Positions 44,701 to 54,913 of a stretch of DNA of 64,000 nt are shown one piece after another. Position 1 is the first letter of the stretch. Every line of letters begins with the position of its first letter. The stretch covers positions 608,001 to 672,000 of the forward strand of contig OZ242383.1 of assembly GCA_965209155.1 (NCBI GenBank), in the 5' to 3' direction. A model generated the notes under the pieces. The model did not search any database. It worked only from the letters and a program-made list of their open reading frames with translations, and had not been told where the DNA came from. The DNA comes from a bacterium (GTDB lineage Bacteria > SAR324 > NAC60-12). A program made the position numbers and the translations under genes.

Positions 44701-45319
44701 CCCCTTGTCGCCGAAGCTCCTGCAATAAATCTTCGACACGCAACAGGTTCTGCTGCGTGCTTTCCAGACGCCGCTCCGCGCTTTGGCGTTTGGTTTTGAA
44801 TTTGACGATTCCCGCCGCCTCCTCGATCAGGTAACGGCGGTCGATGGGTTTGGCGCTGACGATTTCCCCCACTTTTCCCTGTTCGATGATGGCATAGGAT
44901 TTGCTGCCTATTCCGGTGTCCATGAACAATTCGCGTACGTCCATCAAGCGTACCGGCAATTTGTTGATCATATAGACGCTTTCCCCGGAGCGATACAATT
45001 TGCGGGAGACGGAAATTTCCGGATAGTCCCGGTACCGGGACAAGTCGCTACCGTCTCGATTGTGGAAAGTGAGCGTCACTTCGGCCACTCCAAGCGGTTT
45101 CTGGAAATCGCTTCCGGCGAAAATAACGTCCTCCATGCCACCACCCCGCAAGTGTTTGGCGCTTTGTTCGCCCAATACCCAAAGGATGGCGTCGACGACG
45201 TTGCTCTTACCACATCCATTGGGGCCGACCACCATGGTGATGCCATTTTGAATGAATTCGATTTTGACGGAATGACAAAAAGATTTGAATCCAGTGATCT
45301 GCAGACTTTTGATGCGCAT
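41732..45319 (-). CDS. smc: Chromosome segregation protein SMC
   Basis: GFKSF, GPNGCGKSN, coiled coils and hinge, LSGGEK, LLDEVDAPLD. Confidence 0.97.
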   Translation of the reverse strand: MRIKSLQITGFKSFCHSVKIEFIQNGITMVVGPNGCGKSNVVDAILWVLGEQSAKHLRGGGMEDVIFAGSDFQKPLGVAEVTLTFHNRDGSDLSRYRDYPEISVSRKLYRSGESVYMINKLPVRLMDVRELFMDTGIGSKSYAIIEQGKVGEIVSAKPIDRRYLIEEAAGIVKFKTKRQSAERRLESTQQNLLRVEDLLQELRRQGEILREQTEKANQFLELKKQTEQTDRQLLALKWQRTWQQEKQSQSIKSRLEQRQSVLLQDRDSWEGGLEQLSREMSEHEAQLEDLREEVFQIEREIQEKDNKRILERQNLQNYEEWIREQRREQDALQNKAGITGEEQIRIKEDGALLKNQYEQLQGEIDRIDRSREEEGTVLQDLNGAMQDFQRQLLAVHTRLTNHGNQKAFLQDRMEGVKDRGIRLEEQERSNAAHLGETRAKVSENEGKVDRLQNKQKKAGRSLSELQAAYSDHLLKMADQERRLQETQYRFQTTSSQLESLQTIQDRYEDLDESVKSFLTLLKEFPQEKKRLGIYGALAEFLDVEASHFAKIAPGLVDYLDLLLVEKSEFLEDIENFCRQHEIGRLGFIALDRLKQYTSAEALPGIPLSDLMEFGDPLDGNAANTLARGFFSRIFLVESEEAWQTRPPHETTIEWISPQGNFYTRQGIVKIGEPQQTSLGFLKRKNEIERLGRAAADLQKEVTHSTREKTILKDEEEKKSVSIARKKNQQHELEVELSQLRKELEFDQLEHRRALQLGEQLEADQEQLRREIEKIENDKQDVDAKLTCFEKERLQLERNMKEHQESIKAQQETVEKISETLLTTRVNLTETHEQLKTGEERAQRLQEESTECLKRIEVLTNSQREITEKINRSREIIEDVDNHFETFLQSRESLKARLNEESQSHEQLREKQSHSSKALQELTQELDQLLTKIHQSSLQASEQRMRREQIEQEMLDAYDHSPQQVIEQLDLEDLDEHQVAGQLKKMRVKLNEMSQVNLAAPEEHAALQERIQFLEQQSTDLERAMDDLKQSIREINVESRQRFQETFDQVNHYFKETFTTLFEGGEARMILTEGDDVLESGIQIIAQPPGKKLQHMNLLSGGEKALTAISLIFAIFLIKPSPFCLLDEVDAPLDDINVRRFNVMIQQLVEESQFIIITHNKKTMEIGHRLYGVTMEEPGVSKMVSVEFQDATGMTN

Positions 45320-45544
45320 GTAATGGGTCTTTCAAAGCGGGAACCGGGGTCGGGATTTTCCGAAAACCTTCAGAATCTATGCCACAAATTCCGAACAAAG
45401 CCAAGTTTTCCGGAACATTTCGGGCATCGTGGACAGGATTCCGCAAAAACATGTTGATTTCACTCACGAGCCTGTGCTAGTCTGTTAAATGAAAGCACTA
45501 TCAGAATTTCCTCGTTGCTTCACGAACGCCTGAAAAGCTTTGCC

Positions 45545-45778
45545 ATGTCGGAACACACTTTTGAAACGGCCCTGAAAAAACTCGAAGAAGCGGTCAATCA
45601 GTTGGAATCCGGTTCCTTGCCCCTGGAAGAAGCTTTGAATTCTTTTGAAAATGGCATACGATGGAGTCGAAAATGCCACCAGTTTCTGGATAAAGCCGAA
45701 AAACGGATCGAAGTGATATTAAAAAACGAGCAGGGAGAACCCACCCAGACTTTGTTTGATCTGCAACAACAAGACTGA
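45545..45778 (+). CDS. xseB: Exodeoxyribonuclease VII small subunit
   Basis: TFETALKKLEEAVNQLESGSLPLEEALNSFENGI. Confidence 0.92.
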   Translation: MSEHTFETALKKLEEAVNQLESGSLPLEEALNSFENGIRWSRKCHQFLDKAEKRIEVILKNEQGEPTQTLFDLQQQD

Positions 45779-45896
45779 CCTTCTCTATACATGATCTGAA
45801 ATCATTACTCTGAGTTCCTTTTTGCTCCCTTCCTTTCAACAGACGATCAAGACACCCCACCCCTGAACGTCTTTTATTTTTCGATAAAGGAGTCGA

Positions 45897-48497
45897 ATGT
45901 CAAAAGAAAAGAAAATGCTCGTCAACGTCGATGACGACGAAACACGTATTGCCGCTGTAACCGGCAACACCCTGGATAACCTTCACGTGGAACAAACCGG
46001 TCGCAACCGGCGACAGGTCGGAAACATCTACCGGGGTAAGGTGGTGAAGGTACAGAATTCATTTCAGGCCGCATTCGTGGACTATGGAGGGGAGCGTCAA
46101 GGTTTTCTGGCATTTTCGGACGTCAACTTCCAAATTTTCAAAACCACGGGCAATCCACAAAGTAAATCGGCCATCAGGCAATTCCTCAAACCCGGACAGT
46201 GGATTATGGTGCAAGTCACTCGCAATGAACTGGGCAACAAAGGACCGACCCTGACGACCCATATCAACCTCCCCGGAAGATTTATCGTCTTCATGCCGAA
46301 CAGTAGCAAAGGCGGCGTTTCCAAGAAAATAGATGACGTGGAAACACGCGTACGTTTGAAGAATTTGCTCGAAGGCCTGTGCAGTGAGAAAGATTCGGCC
46401 ATCATCCGGACGGCGGGCGTGAACCGCAGCGCATCAGAATTGAAGCGGGATTACATGGTTCTCCGGCGCAAATGGAACGAAATCCTCATAAAATATGAAA
46501 GTTCTGCCGGTGCAGGGCTTTTGTACGAGGAAGAGGACGTGGTGGTGCGCACCTTGAGAGACTACTTCATTGACGATATAGCGGAAATCTGGATTGACCA
46601 CCCGGAAACGTTTCAACGCGCACTGGAATTTTTTAAGGCCAATATTCCCGGCCGGCAAAAAAGACTGCAATTTTATTTGGGGGAACGTTCCCTTTTTTCG
46701 GATTATGGCGTTGAAAATCAAATCGAACAGCTCAGCAGCAACCACGTACCGCTTCCATCCGGAGGCAGCCTGGTGATCGACCCGACTGAAGCGCTGGTAG
46801 CCATCGACGTCAATTCAGGGCGGTACAACCAGGCTAACGATATCGAAGAAACGGCGTTGCTAACCAACCAGGAAGCAGCGGAAGAGATCGCTCGTCAGCT
46901 CCGTCTGCGCAACCTGGGAGGGCTGATCGTCATTGATTTCGTCGACATGGTTCAGGAAGAGAACCGCATTACCGTCGCCGAATCGTTGCGGGAGTGGATG
47001 CAGGAAGACAAAGCCAAATGGAAGCTGGGAACCATTTCACAATTCGGTTTGCTCGAGATGAGTCGCCAGAGAATCGCCAATGCCCTTTCTCAGGAAATGA
47101 AAACGATCTGTCCTGCTTGCGGAGGAATAGGGGAAGTGCTTTCCGTTGCCTCCCTCGCCAATGCGGTTTTACGAAAAATCCGGGACCTGTCGGCAACCTC
47201 GACCCGCGAGAGTGGCGAAATTCTCGAGATCCACAGCCACATTCCCGTAGAACTGTCCAATCACCTGTTCAACAAAAAGCGTCAGCAATTGGATGAACTC
47301 GAGGTGGAATTCGGCATCAACATCATACTGACGGCAGATCTTTCCTGCGACCCCGGGAAACTACCGGATTTCGAAGTGATCAGGAAAACAGTCGCTCCAT
47401 CGGAAAAGATGCACGCAAGCGGAAAAATACCATTGCCGGAGGAAGAGGACTCGAGACGCAAGGAAAAGGAAGAGAAAGTCAAACCCGGAAAGGACCGGCG
47501 GAAAAAAGCAAAATCATCCGGACTTTCCCAAACAGCCGAAGTGCGGGAGAAAAGCGTATCCTCAGTCGATTCGGCGGACGATCGCATGTTTTCCAAAGAA
47601 AATGAATCCACCACCGTGCTGAAGTCATCGAGCCCGCTTCCCTTGTATAGCAGCGCCCACCAACCTCCCCCTGCGGAGCGAGCAGGGGGAGTTCCCCTGG
47701 TACTGCCCTCCAGAAAAGTTTCCGTTCTCCACGAACGCGCCAAAGACATTCCTCCAGGTACGGTACTCTTCAGCAGTTCCCACCGTGATTCACGGGAAGA
47801 CCCAACTCCCGGCAATAAAGAGTTGGTGGAAGATACGCAAACGACAGGTGGCCACTCCCCAGAGAAGGATTCGAACAAGAAGGAGGCGGAGAAAGAAAGC
47901 GAGTCCGAGAATACGGCAAAGGAGCAATCCCCGGCGCAGGGTGTTAAAAAGAAGGCGACCACCGGGAAAAAAACCACCACGCCCGGCAAGAAATCCGCGA
48001 CCAGGAAGCAGAGATCCACGAAAGCCAGCGACGACGTCGAAAAAACCGGGGCGGAACCGGTAGCCGGGGTTGCCGATTCCGAGGCAACGGACCGGTCGAC
48101 GGAGTTGCTTCCCGCAAAGCCATCGCCTGCAAAAAAATCGACCCCTCGCAAGTCACGCAGCGCGAGCAGCCAAACAACACTTGCGGAGCAAGAAAAGGCC
48201 GGGTCTCTCTCGAGCAGCGAAAAAATATCCAAACCTGCAGGGAAAGGCACCGAAAAAGAGGTGAAAGATTCACCGGTAAAAAAAGCCGCAAGCCAGGCGA
48301 CGAGTGAAAAAGCCGGCAAGGAACCCGTAAAAAAAACGGTACAGCGGAAATCGAAAAAATCGACGACGTCTGCCAAATCAGAGAGTCTTCCGGAAGAAAA
48401 AGCATCCAAAAAAAATAAGCCGACCCCTACTGAGAAAGTTGCCGTGGCGCGAACTACCGCAGCGGGAAAAGCGGTACGCCGGAGCGGGAAAAAATAA
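45897..48497 (+). CDS. rne: Ribonuclease E/G family with long disordered C-terminus
   Basis: S1 domain (GNIYRGKV), AIDVNSG, LRNLGGLIVIDF, FGLLEMSRQR, Zn-link CPACGG. Confidence 0.92.
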   Translation: MSKEKKMLVNVDDDETRIAAVTGNTLDNLHVEQTGRNRRQVGNIYRGKVVKVQNSFQAAFVDYGGERQGFLAFSDVNFQIFKTTGNPQSKSAIRQFLKPGQWIMVQVTRNELGNKGPTLTTHINLPGRFIVFMPNSSKGGVSKKIDDVETRVRLKNLLEGLCSEKDSAIIRTAGVNRSASELKRDYMVLRRKWNEILIKYESSAGAGLLYEEEDVVVRTLRDYFIDDIAEIWIDHPETFQRALEFFKANIPGRQKRLQFYLGERSLFSDYGVENQIEQLSSNHVPLPSGGSLVIDPTEALVAIDVNSGRYNQANDIEETALLTNQEAAEEIARQLRLRNLGGLIVIDFVDMVQEENRITVAESLREWMQEDKAKWKLGTISQFGLLEMSRQRIANALSQEMKTICPACGGIGEVLSVASLANAVLRKIRDLSATSTRESGEILEIHSHIPVELSNHLFNKKRQQLDELEVEFGINIILTADLSCDPGKLPDFEVIRKTVAPSEKMHASGKIPLPEEEDSRRKEKEEKVKPGKDRRKKAKSSGLSQTAEVREKSVSSVDSADDRMFSKENESTTVLKSSSPLPLYSSAHQPPPAERAGGVPLVLPSRKVSVLHERAKDIPPGTVLFSSSHRDSREDPTPGNKELVEDTQTTGGHSPEKDSNKKEAEKESESENTAKEQSPAQGVKKKATTGKKTTTPGKKSATRKQRSTKASDDVEKTGAEPVAGVADSEATDRSTELLPAKPSPAKKSTPRKSRSASSQTTLAEQEKAGSLSSSEKISKPAGKGTEKEVKDSPVKKAASQATSEKAGKEPVKKTVQRKSKKSTTSAKSESLPEEKASKKNKPTPTEKVAVARTTAAGKAVRRSGKK

Positions 48498-48582
48498 ATT
48501 CCGCGTCGACGACCCACTTTCCCGGACTGTCCCGACGCAATGATCGCCAGGCTGCAGTGAGCCTCCCATCTTTCAAGCCCCC

Positions 48583-50019
48583 ATGAAGCATCATTCTGAA
48601 CTTTATCGCTTCTTGCCTTCGGTCAGCGAAGTCGACCGGTACCTGAAAAATAAAGGTTTGGGCTTTGGTAAAGCCATTCGAGCGCACGTCGAACAAGTGC
48701 TCGAAGAATGGCGGGAAGCAATTGCCACTTCAGCAGGTCATGACGACCTCGAGGAAACGGGGAACCCGTCTTTCCAATCCCTGGTGATTTCCGGCAAGGA
48801 AGAGATTCTGGAACACCTGGCGTCCGTTGTGAGGCAGCGAGGTCAAATGAGTGCGCGTCGTGTTGTCAATGCCACCGGAGTGGTCATACACACCAACCTG
48901 GGACGCGCTCCTCTTTCCCTGGAATTGCTCGAGTCGGTGACACCCCTGCTCACCTCCTATGCCACCATCGAATACGATTTGGGAACCGGCAAACGCGGTA
49001 CTCGAGGGGAAGGAATCAAAAATCACCTGCGACTCCTTTCGGGTGCGGAAGACGCGCTCGTGGTCAACAACAACGCTGCAGCGGTTTATTTGATGTTGAT
49101 GGCTTTGACCTGTGGGAAGGAAGTGGTCGTTTCTCGTGGGGAACTCATCGAAATCGGTGGTTCTTTCCGCATTCCGGATATCATGCGCGCAGCCGGGGTT
49201 CGACTGGTGGAAGTGGGCACGACCAACCGCACGCGACTGTCGGACTATGAAAAGGCCATCAACGGCAATACCGCCGCTTTGATGAAAATACATCCTTCCA
49301 ATTTCAGGATCCGGGGGTTTGTCGAAGAAACGACGATTGATCAGATCGGCCAATTGGCGCGAAAATACGAATTGTTCTCGTTTCATGACCTGGGAAGTGG
49401 CAATTTTTATCAATTCGACCAACCTGCCTTGCGCACTATGCCTACCGTGCAACAGGAAGTACGGAAGGGAGTCGATCTGCTCACTTTCAGTGGTGATAAG
49501 TTATTGGGCGCAAACCAAGCGGGCATTCTGGTTGGACGGAAAAACCTGATCTCCCGGCTCGAGGAACATCCCCTTTACCGTGCGTTGCGTCCTGACAAAA
49601 TCAGCATGATTTTGCTTGAAGCGCACCTGGCCGCCTATTTTCAAATGGAAACGCTGGCAAGCGCGATTCCCACGATCGGCCTTTTGGAACAAAGCAGTGA
49701 GACCATCCGGCAAAAAGCGCAAAAAGTCCTGAAAACCCTCAGCATTCCTCCTCGCTCGGGTTGGAGTTGCGAGTTGCAAGCAGCCGCTTCCTTGAGTGGA
49801 GGAGGGGCTTTTCCGGAAGTCGAGCTCGACTCTTATTGCCTGGTCCTGGACCACGCCACGCTTCCTGCTGAAAAAATTCAACAGTTTCTCCGTGAGCAGG
49901 ATACGCCCATCATTGCCAGGGTGCGAGACGAGCGAGTCTGGTTGGATTTCCGCGTGATTTTCCCGGAGGATTTTCCCGAGATCGCCCGTATTCTCCAGCA
50001 ACTCTTTGCCATTTCATAA
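48583..50019 (+). CDS. selA: L-seryl-tRNA(Sec) selenium transferase
   Basis: NATGVVIHTNLGRAPL, SRGELIEIGGSFRIPD, PLP lysine in FSGDKLLG. Confidence 0.96.
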   Translation: MKHHSELYRFLPSVSEVDRYLKNKGLGFGKAIRAHVEQVLEEWREAIATSAGHDDLEETGNPSFQSLVISGKEEILEHLASVVRQRGQMSARRVVNATGVVIHTNLGRAPLSLELLESVTPLLTSYATIEYDLGTGKRGTRGEGIKNHLRLLSGAEDALVVNNNAAAVYLMLMALTCGKEVVVSRGELIEIGGSFRIPDIMRAAGVRLVEVGTTNRTRLSDYEKAINGNTAALMKIHPSNFRIRGFVEETTIDQIGQLARKYELFSFHDLGSGNFYQFDQPALRTMPTVQQEVRKGVDLLTFSGDKLLGANQAGILVGRKNLISRLEEHPLYRALRPDKISMILLEAHLAAYFQMETLASAIPTIGLLEQSSETIRQKAQKVLKTLSIPPRSGWSCELQAAASLSGGGAFPEVELDSYCLVLDHATLPAEKIQQFLREQDTPIIARVRDERVWLDFRVIFPEDFPEIARILQQLFAIS

Positions 50020-50021
50020 GG

Positions 50022-50387
50022 AACCCGAGTTCGAGATAAGCATTTAATAAATTCAATATGTAATGGAATCTTCATATCTTAGAGAAACCGCGTCATTCCT
50101 GGCTTGATCAGGAATATAGAAGACCTTTGCGCATTTGCAGCTGGCCGTAAAAATGTCATTCCTGGCTTGTACAGGAATCCAGAATGCCTTTGTGCCTTCT
50201 TTAGATGTGCCTTTGTGCCTTTGCAACGTAAAAATGTCATTCCTGGCTTGAACAGGAATCCAGAATGCCTTTGTGCCTTTGTGCCTTTGTGCCTTTGCAG
50301 CTGGCCTTAAACAAATGTCATTCCTGGCTTGAACAGGAATCCAGAAGGCCTTTGTGCCTTCTTTCAGATGTGCCTTTGTGCCTTCTT
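50022..50387 (+). repeat. MITE family A left end followed by a four-unit REP/(TGCCTTTG)n tandem array
   Basis: AACCCGAGTTCGAGATAAG at 50022; palindromes start at 50092, 50155, 50236 and 50317. Confidence 0.85.
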
Positions 50388-50545
50388 TAATAGAGCTTCA
50401 GGAGTAAATTCGATCTCCTGCAAGTTCCATCCAGGAAACATGAGTTATATAACTGCCTTGAAAATACCGGTGATATGATTCATAACTGCTTGAAATTTCT
50501 TTCTTTCAATCGATTCATCGAACCCATCCTTCGTGGTAATGAGCT

Positions 50546-51874
50546 ATGACGAACGATACATTGAGTGAACAAGCGCAAGTTGCCCGCTGCGCTTCTCTCG
50601 AATTGGCCAATTTGCCAACAAGCCGGAAGGACCAAGTCCTGCAGGCGATTGCGGACAGCCTGCGCAGGAACGAAGAGAGCATTTTGAATGCCAATGCCCT
50701 GGATCGAGCGGAGGCCAGGAAGATCATGGAAGCGGGTAAACTTTCTGCTTCCGCTTGTGAGCGGGTTTCCTTGAATGAAAAGAAAATCGAACAGATGGCG
50801 CTCAATTTGGAAAGCGTGGCGCAATTGCCGGATCCTGTCGGCAAAATTCAAAGGGGTACGCAACTGGCGGAAGGATTGGAACTCTATCGCGTTACTTGTC
50901 CCTTGGGAGTCATATTGGCGATCTTTGAATCACGTCCCGAGGTCGTTGCGCAGATTTCCGCATTGGCTATCAAGTCGGGCAACGCGGTTATTCTGAAAGG
51001 AGGCAGTGAAGCGCGCCATAGCAACCAGGAATTGGCTCGTCTGGTCCGGGAAACGCTGGGGCGATTCGATTTCATGCCCGAGGGAACGATGTCGTTGCTC
51101 AATACCCGGGAAGAAGTGTCGCGCATTTTGCAAGCGAGTGATTGCATTGATTTGATCGTTCCCCGAGGGAGTAACGCCCTGGTGCGTTACATTCAAACTC
51201 ATTCCAAAGCGCCCGTCCTGGCCCACGCGGATGGCATATGCCACGTTTATCTCGACTGCGAGGCGGACGTAGAGAAAAGTGAGGAAATCGCGCTCGATGC
51301 CAAGCTTCAATACCCGGCGGTATGCAATGCCATGGAAACGTTGTTGGTTCACCGGGCGTATCCTCGATCTTCCTTGGTCGCAATCCTGAAAAAACTGCAA
51401 GACGCCGGAGTGGAATTGCGTGGTTGCCGGAAAACGCGAGAACACCTGGCAGGAATCGATTCGTTGCGTCTCGCGCATGCCTGCGACCAGGACTGGGTCA
51501 CCGAATACACGGATTTGATTCTTTCCTTAAAAATGGTGTCTTCCCTGGAAGAAGCGGTGAATCACATCAACGCTTATGGCTCCAAACACACGGATGCGAT
51601 CGTCACCGAAAACAAAGACAAGGCGGAATGGTTCATGAACCAGGTGGACGCGGCCAACGTTTTTTGGAATGCGTCCACTCGATTTTCCGATGGGTTTCGC
51701 TACGGTTTCGGCGCCGAAGTGGGAATCAGCACCAGCAAGATTCACGCCCGGGGGCCCGTGGGATTGGAAGGGTTGGTGATCTACAAATATAAATTATACG
51801 GGCAAGGGCAAAGCGTGGGTCGCTTCGAAGGTTCGGGCGCTCGATACTTGCACCAGGCGATCCCTCCCCTTTGA
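50546..51874 (+). CDS. proA: Gamma-glutamyl phosphate reductase
   Basis: IFESRPEV, KGGSEA, VCNAMET, NASTRFSDG, HARGPVGLEGL. Confidence 0.96.
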   Translation: MTNDTLSEQAQVARCASLELANLPTSRKDQVLQAIADSLRRNEESILNANALDRAEARKIMEAGKLSASACERVSLNEKKIEQMALNLESVAQLPDPVGKIQRGTQLAEGLELYRVTCPLGVILAIFESRPEVVAQISALAIKSGNAVILKGGSEARHSNQELARLVRETLGRFDFMPEGTMSLLNTREEVSRILQASDCIDLIVPRGSNALVRYIQTHSKAPVLAHADGICHVYLDCEADVEKSEEIALDAKLQYPAVCNAMETLLVHRAYPRSSLVAILKKLQDAGVELRGCRKTREHLAGIDSLRLAHACDQDWVTEYTDLILSLKMVSSLEEAVNHINAYGSKHTDAIVTENKDKAEWFMNQVDAANVFWNASTRFSDGFRYGFGAEVGISTSKIHARGPVGLEGLVIYKYKLYGQGQSVGRFEGSGARYLHQAIPPL

Positions 51875-51895
51875 GCAGGCAATGAGGAAAAGACG

Positions 51896-52540
51896 ATGCG
51901 ATTGATCTTTTTAGGCGCCCCGGGGTCTGGAAAAGGCACCCAGGCGCAAAAGCTGGTCAAAGATCTCGAGATTACGCAACTTTCCACGGGCGATATGTTG
52001 CGTGCTGCTGTGGTTTCCGGAACGGAAATCGGTCGCAAGGCCAAAGCGGTGATGGACACGGGGCAACTGGTTGCCGACGAGATCATGATCGGCATTTTGC
52101 GGGAGCGGGTGAAAGCGGCGGATTGTGGCAATGGCTACCTCCTGGATGGATTTCCCCGTACAGTGAACCAGGCTGAAAAACTGGATGAGTTGCTGGAGGA
52201 AAGACAAGAACGGATCGACTTCGCCATCTATTTTATGGTCGAAGACGACTTGTTGCTGCGGCGGATCACCGGTCGGCGCGTGCATCTACCCAGTGGGCGG
52301 GTTTACCACGTCGATTTCAACCCTCCCCGAGTCCCGGACAGGGATGATCTCACCGGCGAAGCGCTCACTCATCGCAAAGATGACACGGAGGAGACGGTGC
52401 GGGATCGTCTGGCTGTTTATCGCACGCAAACCGAACCCCTGATCGGTTATTACGCAAAGTCCGGTATCCTGAAAAGGGTGGATGGGAGTGGGGAAATCGA
52501 AGATATTCATTCCCGCCTGAAAATCGCTGTTTCCCGTTGA
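51896..52540 (+). CDS. adk: Adenylate kinase
   Basis: GAPGSGKGTQ, STGDMLR, LDGFPRT, LID domain. Confidence 0.97.
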   Translation: MRLIFLGAPGSGKGTQAQKLVKDLEITQLSTGDMLRAAVVSGTEIGRKAKAVMDTGQLVADEIMIGILRERVKAADCGNGYLLDGFPRTVNQAEKLDELLEERQERIDFAIYFMVEDDLLLRRITGRRVHLPSGRVYHVDFNPPRVPDRDDLTGEALTHRKDDTEETVRDRLAVYRTQTEPLIGYYAKSGILKRVDGSGEIEDIHSRLKIAVSR

Positions 52541-52548
52541 GGTCGTGG

Positions 52549-53037
52549 ATGACAACAGAAACCGTATCGACGAACGAGATCATGGATTTTTCGGAAGAGC
52601 TACAACAACGTTTTCACCGGGATATTGCCCTCACGCAGCACATGGGTCTGCAGGTGGATGAATACAGCGACATCGGCCTGGTGCTCAGTGCTCCGTTGGC
52701 CAGGAATCTCAATCACAAACAAACAGCGTTCGGAGGGAGTTTGAACAGCCTGGTGACGTTGGCCGGTTGGGGAATGGTTTATCTCGTCTTGAAGGAAATG
52801 GGACGGGAAGCCCACATCATCATCCAAGAAAGTGAGATTTCCTACCTCAGACCGGTGACGGACGATTTTCAAGCGATTTGCCCTCCTGCGCAGGATGAAG
52901 CGCTTCACAAATTCCAGAGAATGATCCGTAAAAAAAACATAGGTCGTATTACGCTGCCTTGTTTCATTTACCATGAAAAGGAATTGGCAGTCTCTTTCCA
53001 GGGAAGTTACGTGGCCACCGTCTCATCCGAAAGGTGA
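52549..53037 (+). CDS. Hotdog-fold thioesterase (YiiD C-terminal domain-like)
   Basis: [30 protein letters not shown] before ATG 52549. Confidence 0.8.
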   Translation: MTTETVSTNEIMDFSEELQQRFHRDIALTQHMGLQVDEYSDIGLVLSAPLARNLNHKQTAFGGSLNSLVTLAGWGMVYLVLKEMGREAHIIIQESEISYLRPVTDDFQAICPPAQDEALHKFQRMIRKKNIGRITLPCFIYHEKELAVSFQGSYVATVSSER

Positions 53038-54875
53038 AAGAGGGCAGTCCGTTCAAGTTTTCGGGAGTCACAACGTTGCAGCAACAATTCATTCGAAATT
53101 TTTGCATCATCGCCCACGTCGATCATGGAAAATCCACGTTGGCCGACCGTCTGATGGAACGCACCGGCGCCGTCAGTGCCCGGGAGGCCCAGGATCAACT
53201 GCTAGACAACATGGATATCGAGCGGGAACGGGGCATCACCATCAAATCGCAAACGGCGCGACTGCAATACCAGGCCGGCGACGGCCGCGCGTATGTATTG
53301 AATTTAATCGACACGCCGGGACACGTCGATTTCACTTACGAAGTCTCCCGCTCCCTGGCAGCCTGCGAAGGCGCTCTCCTAGTCGTGGACGCAGCCCAGG
53401 GCGTGGAGGCCCAGACCCTGGCCAACGTTTACCTGGCCCTGGATCATGACCTGGAAATCCTGCCGGTCCTGAACAAGATCGACCTCCCAACCGCGCGACC
53501 CGAACAGGTTTGCCGGGAAATCGAGGACGTCATTGGTCTCGATACCAGTTACGCAGTTCATGCGAGCGCCAAACAGAATATCGGAATTTCCGAAATCCTG
53601 GAACAAATCGTTACCTTGGTTCCTCCTCCTCGCGGCATGGCGGAGGCTCCCCTGCGCGCCTTGATTTTCGATTCATGGTTCGATGCCTATCTCGGCATTG
53701 TGGTCATGGTCCGGGTGGTCGATGGCCAGGTGCGGGTGGGGGATAAAATTCGCTTCATGGCCACGGCCCGGGAGTATGAAGTGACCCGTTTGGGAAATTT
53801 CACCCCTTTCCATCATGAAAAAGAAGTTTTGCTCAGCGGAGAAGTGGGATTCATCTGCGCGTCGATTAAAACGATTGGGCATACCAAAATCGGGGATACC
53901 GTCACCTTGCGCGACCAGCCATCGCAAACCCCTTTGCCGGGTTACGCGGAAGTCAAACCCATGGTTTTCAGTGGAATCTATCCCGTGGAAAGCGAGGTCT
54001 ATGAAGAGTTGAAGGAGGCCTTGCGAAAACTGACCCTCAACGACGCGTCCATCACTTATGAAACCGAAACTTCATCGGCCTTGGGTTTTGGATTTCGTTG
54101 TGGGTTTTTAGGACTGCTTCACATGGAAATTGCTCAAGAGCGTTTGGAGCGTGAATTCGAATTGCAATTGATCGCCACCGCGCCGACGGTCGTTTACCGG
54201 GTTCACCTGAAGAATGGAACGGTGCGGCCAATCGACAATCCCGCGCACCTGCCATCCACCCTGGAGATCGAACGCATCGAGGAACCCTACGTCCGTGGAA
54301 AAATTTTCAGTCCCCCGGAATTCCTCGGAAACCTGCTGAGCTTGTGCCGGGAAAAACGGGGGAACCAGGTGAGCATCGAGTACCCGGCGCCCAACAGGGC
54401 CCTACTCGTCTATGATTTCCCTCTCAATGAAATCATGATGAATTTTTACGATCGCTTGAAATCCATTTCGCGTGGTTACGCTTCCTTCGACTATGAATTG
54501 ATCGATTACCGGGAAGGAGAACTGGTCAAACTCGATTTACTGCTCAACGGCAAAGCGGTGGATGCCCTGTCCCTGATCGTGGCCAGGGTCAATGCCTATT
54601 ACCGGGGACGGGAACTGGTCTCCAAAATCAAAAACCTCATCCCGCGACAAATGTACGAAGTGGCCATCCAGGCCGCCATCGGCAATAAAGTGATTGCCCG
54701 CGAAACCCGGGGCGCCCTTCGCAAAAACGTCACCGCCAAATGCTATGGAGGGGACGTCACGCGCAAGCGCAAGTTGCTGGAAAAACAAAAGGAAGGGAAA
54801 AAAAGAATGAAGCGTTTGGGTACCGTGGAAGTTCCTCAGGAAGCATTCATGGCGGTTTTAAAACTGGAAAATTGA
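53034..54875 (+). CDS. lepA: Elongation factor 4 (true start possibly TTG 53076)
   Basis: [49 protein letters not shown]. Confidence 0.98.
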   Translation: MKEGSPFKFSGVTTLQQQFIRNFCIIAHVDHGKSTLADRLMERTGAVSAREAQDQLLDNMDIERERGITIKSQTARLQYQAGDGRAYVLNLIDTPGHVDFTYEVSRSLAACEGALLVVDAAQGVEAQTLANVYLALDHDLEILPVLNKIDLPTARPEQVCREIEDVIGLDTSYAVHASAKQNIGISEILEQIVTLVPPPRGMAEAPLRALIFDSWFDAYLGIVVMVRVVDGQVRVGDKIRFMATAREYEVTRLGNFTPFHHEKEVLLSGEVGFICASIKTIGHTKIGDTVTLRDQPSQTPLPGYAEVKPMVFSGIYPVESEVYEELKEALRKLTLNDASITYETETSSALGFGFRCGFLGLLHMEIAQERLEREFELQLIATAPTVVYRVHLKNGTVRPIDNPAHLPSTLEIERIEEPYVRGKIFSPPEFLGNLLSLCREKRGNQVSIEYPAPNRALLVYDFPLNEIMMNFYDRLKSISRGYASFDYELIDYREGELVKLDLLLNGKAVDALSLIVARVNAYYRGRELVSKIKNLIPRQMYEVAIQAAIGNKVIARETRGALRKNVTAKCYGGDVTRKRKLLEKQKEGKKRMKRLGTVEVPQEAFMAVLKLEN

Positions 54876-54913
54876 AACATGGGCGTACTTGCGAAAAATC
54901 AGTTCTTTTTCCT

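Noticed and set aside
47282..48517. 411-aa antisense ORF
   Set aside because: Mirror of the low-complexity rne tail, with S/F/L/V-rich composition and no motifs
50092..50387. CRISPR array (also 59730-59950 and 5099-5198)
   Set aside because: Spacers resemble each other and are microsatellite-derived, the palindrome is scattered singly across the window, and there are no cas genes
48583..50545. selB or tRNA-Sec next to selA
   Set aside because: No UCA-anticodon cloverleaf or SelB ORF visible
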